From the NCBI RefSeq assembly GCF_030028105.1, contig NC_092380.1, forward strand, positions 1,582,088 to 1,646,087: a DNA stretch of 64,000 nucleotides, written 5' to 3'. A program made the translations under genes and the position numbers. Below are positions 36,459 through 50,167 of this stretch, piece after piece. Each line of letters begins with the position of its first letter. Position 1 is the first letter of the stretch. The notes beneath the pieces were generated by a model that saw only the letters and a list, made by a program, of their open reading frames with translations, was not told the DNA's origin and did no database searches. The stretch is from Mobula birostris. Taxonomy: Eukaryota.

Positions 36459-38842
36459 CTACCAAAGTACCAAATTGGAAGGGAAGGGATGGGAGGTCAT
36501 AGACTCTCGGAGAGAAGCTCCGGATAATCCTGACATTTCAGTTGCCTGCCAGGTCAGTTCTCAGCAGAGACTTGGCATGGTCGCCTTAGGAGAAGGAATA
36601 ACTGTAGAAGTTGTCCACATTTCATCAGCCGCAAGTACCTGTTGATGTCCAAGAGATGAAACAAATCGTGACCTAAGTTTCAACCATGGCTAATGTCTTA
36701 CCAATCAGGAATCTGAAACGGCAGCCGTTCTGGAATTTGGTTTGTTTTATTTTGCCGATCGATCATCTGCGAAAGAATGTGTCTATTTAAAACCGCGTTT
36801 CCATTTTGCCTCTCTTTCTCTCCCTCTCTGAACGCGCGGAAAGCCACGGCAATTACAGTTAAGTCGTGTTGACTTTCACTATCAAGTTGACAATATTTCC
36901 ACGTTTAACTCATCTGGGTTCTTTGCTTGTTATCTGCAGGTGTGAATGATGAACTATCGGACTGGTTATAGTTAAGCAATGAGCATTGTCCCATCAGTAG
37001 CGAAGAATGTCGTTGGATTTAGATTTACACTTTTTACATGAACTAGAGTATTCGCTTCTTTCTAAGTGTGGCACGAGGACAATATATCCTGGCCCAGATG
37101 AGACTCAAGTGCCGAGTGTCCTCGCTACGATTCCCAAACCCACCTGTCGAAGAATGAAAAACTCGTTTGATGGACTTCAGTTAGTTGTTTCGGACAGGGG
37201 TACCTGAGCGCCGGGTGCAATGCATGAGTTGCCCTTTCTGCGACACGGTGTTGAGCTACATCGGGTGAAATTTTCACTTGTTCGTTGCGTTTAGGCGCCA
37301 CAGTGCGAGCGACTGACTCGTCCACGCGAAACAGGTGTAACGTGGTTCTACATACACAACTCTTTCATGTTCAGGGCCCGGGTGTCAACGTGTTAGAAAC
37401 ACTGTCCTTTCCAGCTCTCTAATACTGGGAGCGCAATTTAATATTCTACAGTCCGTCCATGTCCTAACCCGATTCAGCAAGAAATGCTGCTCAGAATCAG
37501 AATCACATTTAATTATCAGTGACTCGTATCGTCAAATTTGTTGTTTTCTGCCGCAGTACAGTGCAAAACAGATGTGTTACAAAACGTGGCAATGAAGTGA
37601 AATAAATAACCATGGCAACGAGGAATAATGAGATAGTGTTCATGATCCACGCACCATTCAGGAACGATGACGACGGGGAAGAAACTGTTCCTAAAACGAT
37701 GAGTGTTCGTCTTCAGGCTGCTGTACCTCCTCCCCGATGGTACTAATGAAAAGCCTTCATGGCGTTGATTTCTTTATGATACATACCGCCTTCTCGAGGC
37801 ACCACCTTTTGAAGATTCTTTTACAAACAAAGGAGACATGCTACACTGCTGAGTGATATAAGACTACTTTATTAGACTTATAAAAGCTGCACGTTAACCA
37901 CTTCAATAAAATTCAGAGGAATAAATAATTATCAGCTAATCGGATACAACGCCGAAGCAGAATTCCAAGTGCCCAGCAGCTTGCTCCAACAGTCTCGCTG
38001 CTCTCTGCCAGTCTGTCCCTTAAGCGGGGGTCTCGACCTTGCTCCGCCTTACACAAAGGAATAGCCTTTTATACCTTTCAACCCCTCATTCCTTTCGTTT
38101 TTTTATCTCCCGTAGTATTCCAGCTAAGCACATGCCTTAAACAGTTTCACTATTTTCGCACTACTAATTTAGTTATTATTGTAATTTACAGTGTATGTTA
38201 TGTTATGCGCTTTTATTATACCTCAGAAAACAAACTTCAGATAAACTGTATATCAGGGAAAATAAATCTGATTATGTGTTCTGATTCTGAACATGCTTTA
38301 CAGTTATTTACCCACGGTGAGCCTGATATTTACCTTCATCTAATCTCAAAGCTATGCATTCCCGTAACTGCTCAACGGATTACCACAGCACTTCGAATCT
38401 CCAGTCGTAAAAAAGGGGGAGTTCAGGATAATAATGAATCGGCACTCCCACCATAATCAATAATGAAATGATCCTTTGACCCGGCACTCCTGTTCCAGGG
38501 CATTATCTCGTTCGACTTTGATTCACAAACATGATCATGGCCTGTCATCGTCCCGTACCGGGACCATAGCCCTCCATACCCTGCCATACATTTACCTAAT
38601 TCTACGCACTAGGCTTCTACATCCTCCGATCCAATGTCACCTTTTTCCAGAGATTAGATTTTATTTTTACCAACAGAGTCACCCCAGCCATCTGCCTACC
38701 TGCCTGTCCTTTCGATACAATGTGTATCCTTGAATGTTCAGCTCCCAGATATCTTTCAGCCACGGCTCAGTGATGCCAACAACATTACACCTGCCAGTAT
38801 TTAATTGCGACACAACTTCGTCTACCTGATTTGCGTACACTC

Positions 38843-39245
38843 GTCGCAGTGGCTGTCCCTCGAGGTTGAGGGTGATGGTCTTCGTTCTGAAGAAGTGGCC
38901 CACAGAGCGAAGACACCTGTGCGTGTATTTGTTTAACGTGTACTTGATGTTGCACTCCAAGAAGCACACGATATTTCACAAATCAACCAACTGATTCCAA
39001 CGGCATGGAAACCCCGACGATTGGAGCTGATGGATTTGTTGCAGCTTCATCCGCCTTGAGTTCGAAGTAACTTCATCTCCCTGTTCCACCGTTGAGGTCT
39101 TGGTTGGATTGTTCTTTGTCAGGGACCTCACCCTCGACCTTACCGCCATGGGTGACCCTACCAGGAGCATAGCTCCAGGCGGCATTGCTCTCGGGATCAC
39201 AGGACCACACAAGCTTCTCCACCGCGACAAGGTGACAGTCCATGG
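38843..39245 (-). mobile_element. Short non-autonomous RTE-clade (Expander/BovB-like) element
   Basis: Minus strand begins caccttgtcgcggtggagaagcttg...ggtagggtcacccatggc...ctgacaaag, resembling RTE 5' UTRs as I recall them; no ORF. Confidence 0.55.
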
Positions 39246-40112
39246 AGAACATATATACTACGTACATTCAAATATAACTCCCTCAGTCCTGTATTCATCG
39301 CCCTTTTCGATCTTGGCCCTATGTTACACTTGGACTCAACCGCAGACTACAATTCTGCCCTGTCATCTGCCTGTGTTTCCTTGTAGTCTGATGTGCTCTG
39401 TATCTATTTGTACAGTATACCATGTTCCGTGTAGGTGCGAAATAATTATAAGGCAGCAACGTTTCTTTTTCACACTGCACGATTCCTTTAATGGTGATGA
39501 AGACGGAGAGTTTTATTTTGTTTTCGATCCAGGACTAAGTTCGATATATTTCATGCAAAACGGCTGTTGATGTCGAGAGTGAGATCGAGGTTACAGCCGC
39601 GCTCATCGTGAGTGGAGAATCAGAGTGGCCGGGCCGTTGTACTTCCGGACTGTTAAGCTAATTACTCAACCTATGAATCGCACAGTCCACTTTCTAACTC
39701 GGAAGGCATAAGCCCTGAGAAGCCTTCGGACATTTGCGAATGTCTCGCTGAATGAAGCAGATTGTAGTGATCACACGCACAACATGAGGTGGAGAAGTTG
39801 GTCTGCTGGTGTTTGAAACAATATTCCTTTTGCTTGAAGAGCGTCGCTTCCAAGTTACATCTCTCAGTACTGTCACAATTTCCATTGTTTGGGGTTTCAT
39901 AATAAATTCAGCGAATTAATTACAATCTGTCACCTCGGAATATTCATTTCACTGAAACAATTAGTTTCTATTGTTTTATATATTTTAGCTCTGTTGAAAT
40001 CTGTCCCTGTGGAGATCGTTAAATGGTATAAAAACACCAGGATCGTTCTCACTCAAAATTTATTCCGACAGATCGTCCGTAGCACAGGGGGACGCATCGC
40101 CGGGCAGAGAAA

Positions 40113-42339
40113 ACGCTTGAAGGATATATCAGCGTGGAGAAAATATTGTAGTCAATCACTGCCGCCATTGGAGCTCCTGGTAAGTGAGCAGAGCAGTTCA
40201 TGATTACTATCTAATCATAAACAGGAGAAGATCTGTAGATGCTGGGAATCCGAGCAAGACACACAAAATGCTGGAGGAACTCAGCAGGCCAGGCAGCGTC
40301 TCGGAAAAAAAAGTACAGTGGGCGTTTGGCGTCGAAACCCTTCGGCAATCTTTTCCTAGATGCTGCCTGGACTGCTGAGTTCCTCCAGCATTTTGTGATT
40401 AGTACCTATGCGTTCTAACCAGCTTTGATGCAGTTTTAATGATGCCACAGGATTCCCAAATGGTGATCGTTGTGCAATCAAAAAGTGAGACGGATTGTCT
40501 CTGCTAAATTAACCCTGAGTTTTCTCATTTTCAAACAACGGAAAATAAACTACTTTTGTTCCAACATGTAATTCACTACAATCCACCGACTTGGCTGCAC
40601 GTTTGTCCACAGTAGTTCCAGTGTTGGAGACCGGCGTCTCTCCAAGAAAGTGTGACTGGGAGGGTTCTACATTCTGAGGTGACTTTTTATGGGGTATTTA
40701 TCAGAGCGATCACCTGGTCCCGTGAACACCTCGCACTGCGGGGTCTGTCACGGTGTCATTCCGCTGCTTGTTGGTCCGATCATCTGAACCAGGGAACTGT
40801 TGGCGTCCGCTACTGAATTGAACTCCACGGTGGAATTAATCCATTAACGGAGCCACTCTGTCGCTGGTTCCCAGTTGCCCGTGCCATCCGCAATTAGGAT
40901 TCGCACCGAAAGAACGATTCCGTCCAAGGTTACTCATTGCAGCTCGATTTACCCGGCCCTTTCACCACCCATCACCTTATTGGCAGCGTAGAGGGCAGTG
41001 CCACGCTGTTACAGCTCGGGGCACCGGCGTTCGGAGTTCAACTCCGATGTCCTCGGTGAGAAGTTTGTCCGTCTTCCTCAGGAGAGCGTGGGTTTCCACT
41101 AGTTGCTCCAGTTTCCTCCCACAGTCCATAGACGGTACCGGTTAGGAGACTAATTCGTCACGGTGAACTGTCCTGTGAATAGGGTAGGGTTAAATAGATG
41201 GGTTGCTGTGCGGTGCGATTCATTGAACCAGAAGGGCCTGTTCCACGCTGTATCTCTAAACCAATCTATAAATAATTTTTACAAAATTTCTTCACCCCTA
41301 AGGCACCTTGGACACGTTTCCACCCGTGTCTAATAATGTATTTGTAGCCACTCACCGACTCCAAAAGGAGCTCTTCACAGGAAACCCGAGCGTGCCTTCA
41401 CACCCGTGAATGTGTTCTCGCCTCTCTCTTCAGTGAACATAGTGGCGGTTGTGATCCTGTCCCGGGGGAAGTGCGGCCTCTCCACCTGCACCACTCGCTA
41501 CCTGGTGGCCATGGCAGCGGCGGATCTACTGACCGTTGTCACCGAAATCATTTTGCATCGGCTCGCTTCTCATTATTTTCCGGGGACTTTCCTGGAGATC
41601 ACCCCTGTGTGCAGTTTTCCGGCGTGCTGATGTTTACAGCCACGGACTGTTTGTCTGGTTCATTGTCACTTTCACCTTTGATCGCTTTATCGCCATTTGC
41701 TGCCGGAGACTGAAAACAAAATATTGCACCGGGAAAACTGCGGCTGCGGTTCTAACAACAACTGGCGTTCTCTGCTGTCTGAAAAACGTTCCCCGCTACT
41801 TCACACGAGAACCCAGAGAGATAATCAGCAATGTGCAATGGAACGTGCAACGTGCAACGGTGGAAAGTTATTTCACTGACCCCGGCTGGGTGAAATTTGA
41901 CTGCTTTCATACAGTTTTAACTCCGTTCCTCCCTTTCGCTGCAATTTTGCTGTTCAACGTTCTGACAGTCAGGCACATTATAGTGGCCAGCCGGGTCCGT
42001 GAGGGGCTGAGAGTTCATACCAAGAGGGAGAACCGCAGTGGCCTGGAGATGGAGAGCAGGAGACGGTCCGTCGTTTTACTCTTCACCCTCTCCGTCAGCT
42101 TCATCCTCCTGTGGATGACGGTGGTTATAGAATTCATCTATTATCAGATCACAGGGACATATTACAATGATTCCGAGTGGATCTTTAACTACGTCGGGTA
42201 TTTGCTGAGGAATTTCAGCTGCCGCACCAACACATTTGTTTACGCGCTGACTCAGTCCAAGTTCAGGGAGCAGGTGAAGAGCTCGGTGAAGTATCCGGTC
42301 ACCTCACTGCTTCATTTCATTAATAAAGCCGCGCCGTGA
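40113..42339 (+). pseudogene. GPR139-like class A GPCR pseudogene (exon 1 40113-40179, exon 2 41434-42339)
   Basis: Exon 1 reads (ACG)LEGYISVEKIL*SITAAIGAP-G|GTAAGT, with lost ATG and TAG at 40149; exon 2 has YLVAMAAADLL, DRFIAICC, FILLW, NTFVY and two frameshifts near 41615 and 41651; TATAAAA at 40027. Confidence 0.9.
40980..41275 (+). mobile_element. V-SINE-like tRNA-derived SINE in GPCR pseudogene intron
   Basis: B-box-like ggagttcaactcc; gcgtgggtttcc..gctccagtttcctcccacagtcca core; CR1-like 3' end. Confidence 0.7.
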
Positions 42340-42732
42340 ATTCAGGCGTGTGGTGGCCGCGGTGTCTCCAGGACGGGCCCAGCTCTTCACGTTCACCGCT
42401 TGATTTCCCACGCATCACGTCCAGGCCGAAAGCCCCTTTTGCCGCCAGCTCCACCACCAGAGGGGGTAGGTGGGTAAAGTTCAAGTATTGTAGAACCAGC
42501 TCCAGGCTTATAACAAGGACGGGCATTCGGGACATCTCGACGGCTTTCACTCCTCCTGATTTATTCGGCATTTGGCAACGTCCAACAGAAAGAAGTTAGC
42601 TTAAGCGGAGCGTCTATTTTGTGAGTGGACATTGTTAGAGTGGTTAGCTTGAGGATTCGGCCCAAGAGCCTTAGGGGAGAAGAGGGGAAATTTCTTTCTT
42701 AGTTTGCTTTTTTTTTTGACTACATAGCTAGT

Positions 42733-43350
42733 TGTCACGGGTCCGGTCCGTGAAATCCGTATTCCGGTTGTGTCTGATTTCCCTTGTTCCTGTGGGCGCC
42801 TTAATTGAGGAAGCTGATCCGCATTTCGGGCTTGCACCAGAAATAGCTCAGGGTCCAGCTATTCCTTTGCTGGACCGTTCCCGTTAGAATCCCCGTCAGA
42901 AACCCACACCAGGAAGCTCGGCATCAGAACCCCACACCAAGGAACTCGTTACTAGAAACACGTAACCTCAGCCAGTGTGGTAAGTCTCGACCATTACTGC
43001 AGCTACTGAGTATCGTGGACTCTAGGTTGCCTCTGTGTCCTGTGTCTAAGAAGGATCCCGGCCCCGTGTCCAAGATGAGTCAAAGTCTAGTCAAGTCTGA
43101 GTCTGAGCTTAGGCCCGAGTTCCTGGTCAAGCCAAGCCAGAGTTCTAAGTCAAGAGCCAAGTCAAGACCCGAGTTCCGAGTCATGACCGAGTTTCTAGTC
43201 AGGTCCAGGTCCCAAGTCCTAGCCCAGGTTGTATCCTACGTCTACGTCCATGTTGTTATCTTGTCCTCCCTCCTTGACTTCCCTGGTATTCTTAATAAAC
43301 ATCGTCCTGTTCATACTGCCGAGTCCCTCCAGCATTTTGTGCGTGTTACA
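42733..43350 (+). mobile_element. Solo LTR related to the 9891/49106 family
   Basis: 5' tgtcacgggtccggtccgtgaaatccgtattccgg; internal AATAAA; right boundary uncertain. Confidence 0.65.
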
Positions 43351-43844
43351 GTCTAGTTAGCCTGATTTCAGTGGTTGTGAGTCCATTATTAAGGACATGG
43401 TTTCGAAGAACTTGAATGCACATGACCAAATAAGCCAAAGTCAACCTGGTTTCATGTTTGGGTTAGTATGTTTGCAGATGGTAAGAAGGTTGTTGCTGTT
43501 GTTGGTAGCTTGGAAGGTTGTCGTTGATTACAACGGGACATTGACGAGACGCAGCGCTGGGCTGAGAACCGCAAATGGAGTAAAATAATGTTTGACTTCT
43601 GAAGGTCGAATTTGAAGGCAGAATACAGGGTGGCGACAGGATTCACAGCAGAGGGCTCTTTGAGTACACGTCCATAGATTCTTTAAACCTCATAACCAAG
43701 ATACTTCTGTTGTTAGGAAGACTTATCGTGTGTTAGCCTTCCTGGGTCGGGAGATTCAGTTCAAGGGTACTTGCAAAGTGGAAGGCCATCAAAATTGAAA
43801 TTTCATTCGGAGATAAACGAGCGCAAGGGGAAAAATTGGTCATC

Positions 43845-44336
43845 TGTTACAAATTTGTGCCACGAAATAACAGAGAGTACACGGCATATGATTAAAGCAG
43901 TTATATTTATGAATCTTAACTTAATTAAAGGGTTAGTAAAGAAAAACAAAACTAAAAGGGCCCATTCTAATTAAACAGTCAGATGTGCACAAGCTGGATC
44001 TCAACGTTTCATCATAATCACCGATCCTCAATCGATCTTGGCCCCTTGCTTCATTGAATCACGGTTCCGCACTGGGTCCAGTCCTACGACCTGTTCTCCC
44101 CAGCATCTTCTCTCTCCATCTCCCACCGAACAAAAAACCCCAAGACCAACCTTGGTGACACTCACCAGAAAAACTCCTCCCAGTTCCACCATCCTAATTG
44201 GATGGTACGTATTCCTCATCATCCCTTATCTTCAACAACAGCCCAAACAGGCTGAAAGCAGTACGGAGTGTTCTTACAGAACTGCTAAATGAAATACCTA
44301 CAGCATAACAGTAAAGATGTGAACCAGGGCATTACA
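43845..44336 (-). mobile_element. Probable solo LTR of a different family
   Basis: TGTTACA...TTACA termini, about 490 bp; no clear TSD. Confidence 0.45.
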
Positions 44337-46547
44337 CCAGTATAAGATGTCATCTGGATGTCTTCCAATTTTCATCTCAGTTGGTCAATTTATTATGATT
44401 TATCTATCAAATTTAAGACAAAGCCTAAATATTCATCTTACTTACCTCTTGCTTCCGGAAACACCGTTTCCTTCACAATACATATCTGAACATAAGACAC
44501 CCCTATGTACGTGGCACAGCGGACCTTTCAATGGTGCAGTGGAATAACCCGGTTAATATCCTGTTATTTCTGCCCACCGACTCCTTTTGCCCTACCATCA
44601 AAGACGTCCCGCAATCTCATTAATGGCTTGATTTTTATCATCGATTTGCATCTGGCAGGCCCCACTGCAGTTTTGCGTTGTTAACGGGATATAAAATCAG
44701 CCACTGATTTGTAGATAACGCTTTCCATTTTTGACTGAGTCTAGAGATTATTTCAGCTCAGCATCCCACTGAGAAACGGGCACAGACAAATCATGGCACT
44801 CCATCCAGATTCGGAACACATTTGTTACCTTGGTTTTGGCGAGGAACAAACTATCAACTTAAATCATTTCAGAGAGGAAACCGTGCAAAATGTGATAATT
44901 TTCAACTTCACAGATAGAAACCATAGAAAAACTACAGCACAGAAACAGGCCTTTTGGCCCTTCTTGGCTGTGCCAAACTATTTTCTGCCCAGTCCTACTG
45001 ACCTGCACACGGACCATATCCCTCCATACACCTCTGTGTATAGATAGATCAGTCACGGGTACGAAAACATAATGGTCGTTATTCAGCAGAGAGACAAAGC
45101 TGTCCGACTATACAATGTGTCGGAGGGAATCAATTTCTCACCCTGCCTTTCTGTAACACTGCCATCTTCTTGAATCCGTTCAAGCATGATGCGGACGCAG
45201 AAGAACGGTACTTTCTCAAGCATCTCTTCGTTCAGTAACAGCAAACCACGTGGAGGAGATATTTATGCTCCGAGTCCAGGTCTTGTGGGAACGCAGCAAC
45301 TGCACCTTTTCAACTGAATTCTCATCCCCATTCGGTCCAAAGATCTGGATTTGCCTCACATCCTCGAAAAGTGACCAGACGTCGAGGGGGACTGCTGCTC
45401 ATGATAATTGATAGGTCGGTTAATGTCATGGGAACGAATTGGTGAAAGATTTGAAAGAACTGTTTGTGAGGTAGTACATGGAACTGAGAAAAACAGAACC
45501 CTGGGTAATTTCGCAGGTAAGGACATGTTCGGCACAGCTTTGTGGGCCGAAGGGCCTGTATTGTGCTGTAGGTTTTCTATGTTTCTATAAACAGCACAAA
45601 TACAGATAATAACTAGAGTTCTGGCGACGCAGAATAGTAGAGCAGTGAATCGCGCCTCTTGGCCCACCACGTCCATACAAGTCCTTTTTCTCCATCTGCT
45701 CAGCAGTTGCCCCCAGAGGACTGCACCCTCTTTGCCCTGCCCTTTGACGTGTCGGTCTACGCGTCACAATATTAATCGTAGCAGATCCGATTCCCACCTC
45801 GTGGCCCGCGTTTGAACCGCCAAATTCTCACCTTTAACCAATTAACTCCCCCATCCTCTTGGTCTCAAATCTCTCCTATGGAAAGTGATGTCTATTCACG
45901 CCATCATTTCCATCCGAACCCAAAGTACCCGCACTTCCGATCCGTTGCTGCCCTTCTCCACTTGAAACCTCATCGACTCAACAGGTTTCCCCTTCAATTC
46001 GACAACAGCCATACCCTTCACCTGGTTGCAGTACTCATCCGAAACTGTTGCTCTGGGATTTTCGTTGATCCTGCTTTCAGACGTATGTCATGTCGCCACT
46101 TTTCTCGGCATTTTAGAGCATTCATCCTTCAGGTTCTGTATTCCGGAAAGTCTTCATCGTTATCCAGTTCGCTGTACTGGCTGAACTTCTTATCTGTCCT
46201 TCCTCGACATTCACGATACAGGTACACGGTGATGCAAAACGTGGGCCGAGGTGTTCCATTGCTGGGTTTGGCATTTTCTGTAACTGTAACAATGGTACTG
46301 TAAATTGTTTTATTAATTTTCCCTTTGTACTGCCCTGTACGACCAGAATGATCTGCCATGGTAGGACGCGAATAAAAGCTTCACACAATGGCTCAGTAAA
46401 AATGACAAGAATAAACTGGTTATCATTCCCCTACCCTCCTTCCCAACAACTGTATATCCCAGATACAGGCTAACATGTTTCCTACAGAACCATGGGAGGA
46501 TTCTCACAGGGATAGGACATTCAGAGATGTATGTGTAGGAAATAAGC

Positions 46548-46549
<2 letters not shown>

Positions 46550-46622
<73 letters not shown>
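46550..46622. repeat. (TG)n(GA)n microsatellite
   Basis: Perfect dinucleotide runs. Confidence 0.97.
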
Positions 46623-46625
<3 letters not shown>

Positions 46626-46634
46626 TCAATGTTT

Positions 46635-48089
46635 GTTGTACATCAGCAACCCTCCAATCCTCCGGAACCTCTCCGTTCCCCATTGATGATCCAAAGATCA
46701 TTTTGCCGGAGGCTCAGAAATCTCCTCCTTCCCTTCCCATAGTAACCTGGGGTATATCTCGTCTGGTCTTGGTGACTTATCCAACTTGATGCTTTCCAAA
46801 AGATCCAGCACATCCTCTTTTTTAATATCTACATGCTCAAGCTGTTCAGTCCGCTTTAAATCATCCTTATAATCGCCAAGGTCCTTTTCTGTAGTGAATA
46901 CTAGAGCAAAGTATTAATTAAGTACCTCCGCTACCTCCTGCGGTTCCATACACACTTCTCCACTGTCAAACTTGATTGGTCCTATTCTCTCACATCTTAT
47001 CCTCTTGCTCTTCACTTACTTGTAGAATGCCTTGGGGTTTTCCTTAATCCTGCTTGCAAAGGCCTTCGCATGGCCCCTTCTGGCTCTCCAATTTTCATTC
47101 CTAGGCTCCTTCCTACTAGCTTTATAATCTTCTAGATCTCTATCATTACCTAGTTTTTTCAACCATTCGTAAGCTTTTCTTTTCTTCATGACTAGATTTT
47201 GTACACCCTGGTTCCTGTACTCTACTCCTTTCCCTGTCTCATTGGAACGTACCTATACAGAATGCCAGGCGAATATCCCCAGAACATTTGCCACATTTCT
47301 GCTGTACATTTCCCTGAGAACATCTGCTCCCAATTTATACTTCCAAGTTCCTGCCTGATAGCTTCATATTTCCCTTTACTCCAATTAAACGCTTTCCTAA
47401 CTTGTCTGCTCCTATCCCTCTCCAATGCTATGGTAAAGGAGATAGAAATGTGATCCCTATCTCCAAAATGCTCTCCTGACCAGGTTCATTTCCCAATACC
47501 AGATCAAGTATAGCCTTTCCTCTTGTAGGCTTATCTACATACTGTGTCAGAAAATCTTTCTGAACACACCTGACAAACTCTACCCCATCTAAACCCTTGG
47601 CTCGAGAGAGATGCCAATCAATATCGAGGGAATTAAAATCCCCCATCACAACAACCCTGTTATTATTGCACCATTCCAGAATCTGCCTTCCTGTCTGCTC
47701 CTCGATGTCCCTGTTACTGTTGAGTGGTCTATAAAAAACATCCAGTAGAGTTATTGACCCCTTCCTGTTTCGAACTTCCACCCACGGAGACTCAATAGAC
47801 AGTTCCTCCATGACTTCCGCCTTCTCTGCAGCTGTGACACTATCTCTGATAAGCAGTGCCACGCCTCCACCTGTATTACCCACCCTGTCCTTTCTGAAAC
47901 ACCTAAAGCCTAACACTCTAAGTAGCCACTCCTGCCCCTAAGCCATCCAAGTCTCTGGAATGGCCACAACATCATAGCTCCAAGTACTGATCCACTGTCT
48001 AAGCTCATCCGCTTTGTTCATAACACTCCTTGTATTAAAATAGACACATCTCAAACCATCAGTCTGAGCGCGTCCCTTCTCTATCACCT
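46635..48089 (-). mobile_element. CR1 LINE ORF2 endonuclease region; appears to continue at 51135-51480
   Basis: FRKDR..GGGVALLIR, MGDFN, YVDKPTRGKAILDLVL (APE domain). Confidence 0.88.
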
Positions 48090-48572
48090 TAAGTTAGATA
48101 AGTCACCAGAACCGGACGACATGTACCCCAGGCTACCGTAGGAGGTGAGGGAGGAGATTGCTGAGCCTTTGGCGATTATCTTTGCATCATCAATGGGGAT
48201 GGGAGAGGTTCTGGAGGATTGGAGGGTTGCGTATGTTGCTCCTTTATTCAAGAAAGGGAGTAGAGATAGCCCGGGAAATTATAGACCAGTGAGTCTTACT
48301 TCAGTGGTTGGTAAGATGATGGAGAAGATCCCGAGAGGCAGGATTTATGAACATTTGGAGAGGCATAATATTATTAGGAACAGTCAGCATAGCTTTGTCA
48401 AGGGCAGGTCGCGCCTTATGAGCCTGGTTGAAATTTTTGAGGATGTGACTAAACACATTGATGAAGGTAGAGCAGTAGATGTAGTGTATATGGATTTCAG
48501 CAAAGCATTTGATAAGGTTCCCCATGCAAGGCTTAGTGAGAAAGTAAAGAGGCATGGGATCCAAGGGGACAT

Positions 48573-48970
48573 GATGTTGCACGGGGCGACTGAGGAGAAC
48601 CCAAGTCGACTGAGTTGGGGATGCAGGCGGAGTTGGGGATGCAGGCGGAGACGTGTATGTAGAACAGCAAACCGGAGGAATCTTGACAAGGAGACGGGAT
48701 CTACAGGGACTATCTTGAAACTAGAGCAGAACTTGGAACTAAACTTAGAACTAACGGTTCTAAGCGGACAAGAGAACGAGGTATCACACGAGAATAAACC
48801 AACAAACTGGCAACCTGAGAAAGAGAATCCATCGTACTGATTTCACAGTCTCTGATGAAAACCAGGCGTAGTGTGATTAGGTGTAGCAGCAATTGGATAT
48901 CTAATGACTGAAATTAGGGCATAATCAGGGAGAAAGGAGAGTTAAAGGGGAACAGCCAAACGGAACCATG
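48573..48970 (-). mobile_element. LTR-like insertion interrupting CR1 RT
   Basis: CR1 frame breaks after HGIQGD and resumes at WAQNWL; minus end catggttccg resembles the tgtcatggtccg LTR start. Confidence 0.55.
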
Positions 48971-49105
48971 TGGGCCCAGAACTGGCTTTCCCACAGGAGG
49001 CAAAGAGTGGTTGTAGACGGGTCATATTCTGCATGGAGGTCGGTGACCAGTGGTGTGCCTCAGGGATCTGCTCTGGGACCCTTACTCTTCATGATTTTTA
49101 TAAAT

Positions 49106-50167
49106 TGTCATGGTCCGGTCCGTGAAGTCCGCATTCCGGTTCACGGTCCGGTCCATTGTTCCTTATTCCAGGTTTTCCCGTTTCCCCCCGTTTCCATTGA
49201 GGCATCTGATTCTCGTTTGGGCTGGCTTTATAAATAGCTTCAGGATTCAACCTCTGGCGGCTGGACTGTTCCCTTCCCTCTGAAGCCTTGCCTGCAACTT
49301 CGCCTGCGTCCTCCCCTTTATCACTGTCAAGTTTTACTGCCAGAGCAAGATCGGAGCCCTGCTGTGTCAAGATAAGGAACTGTCTATCGTTGTTTGGAAA
49401 TGTCTCTTTGTGTCCTCGCCTCTGCTGGGTAGGTCCAGCCGTTAGCCGCTACCTTGAGTGCAGAACTGTCTCTCAGTGTTCTGTGTACGAGTCCCGGCCC
49501 TACGTCCTGCTCCCTAGGAGGGATCCTGTCTCTGTGTAGAGCCCCGGCCCCAAGTCCTGTTCCCAAGGAGGGTTCCCGGCTCTGTGTTCCATGTCTCTGT
49601 GTTCCTGTCTTTCCCAAGACCAAGGCTCTGTTTCAGTCCCCCACGTCCAAGCCTCTGTGTTCCAATCTCCCTAGGGCAAGGTTCCGTGTTCAGGTGTCCC
49701 AAGATCGAGTCAAGGCTTCGTGTTCTCGTCCTGTCCATGTGCCTCGCCCAGCCCAGGAGTACCTCGCCTAGCCCTGTGCTGGGGTGCCCTCGTCCTGTCC
49801 AGGAATTCACTCGTCGAAGAACCCAAGCGTCGTCTAGTCCTGTAGTCAAGCCTCGAAGAACCTAAGCCATGTCCAGTCCTGTAGCTACGTCATGTCCTCG
49901 CCTAGTTCCAGGGTCCGAGCCTGAGTCAAGACCCAGGTTTTGGGTCCTTGTCCAGTCTCTGGCTCGGAGTCCAAGCCCAGGCTCCTAGTTCCCAGTTCCT
50001 TGTCCTGGTCTCGCTTTCCTAGCCAAAGTCCTAGCCCAAGTCTGTGTTCCTGTCCCAGCTCCTAGTCTGTGTCCTGTCCCGCCCCTAACTCTAGTCCAGT
50101 CCAGTTCCTAGTACTTCAGTGTCAGTGTCTTGTCTTTGGGTCCGCTCCCAAATCTCCCCTTATGACA
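49106..50167 (+). mobile_element. Solo LTR with perfect 5-bp TSD
   Basis: TAAAT|TGTCA...TGACA|TAAAT; splits CR1 RT after LLFMIFIN. Confidence 0.9.

Larger units (their letters stand above)
34040..38385 (+). repeat. Local segmental duplication, copy 2
   Basis: Offset about 6.49 kb from copy 1; flanked by a ~145-bp direct repeat (33898-34042, 38391-38535). Confidence 0.95.

Noticed and set aside
41434-42339. GPCR frameshifts as sequencing errors in a functional gene
   Set aside because: Exon 1 independently has ATG to ACG and an in-frame TAG
45585-46390. Possible gene or viral fragment in unique-looking sequence
   Set aside because: All three minus frames contain stops and no motif was recognisable, including in the + strand 163-aa ORF
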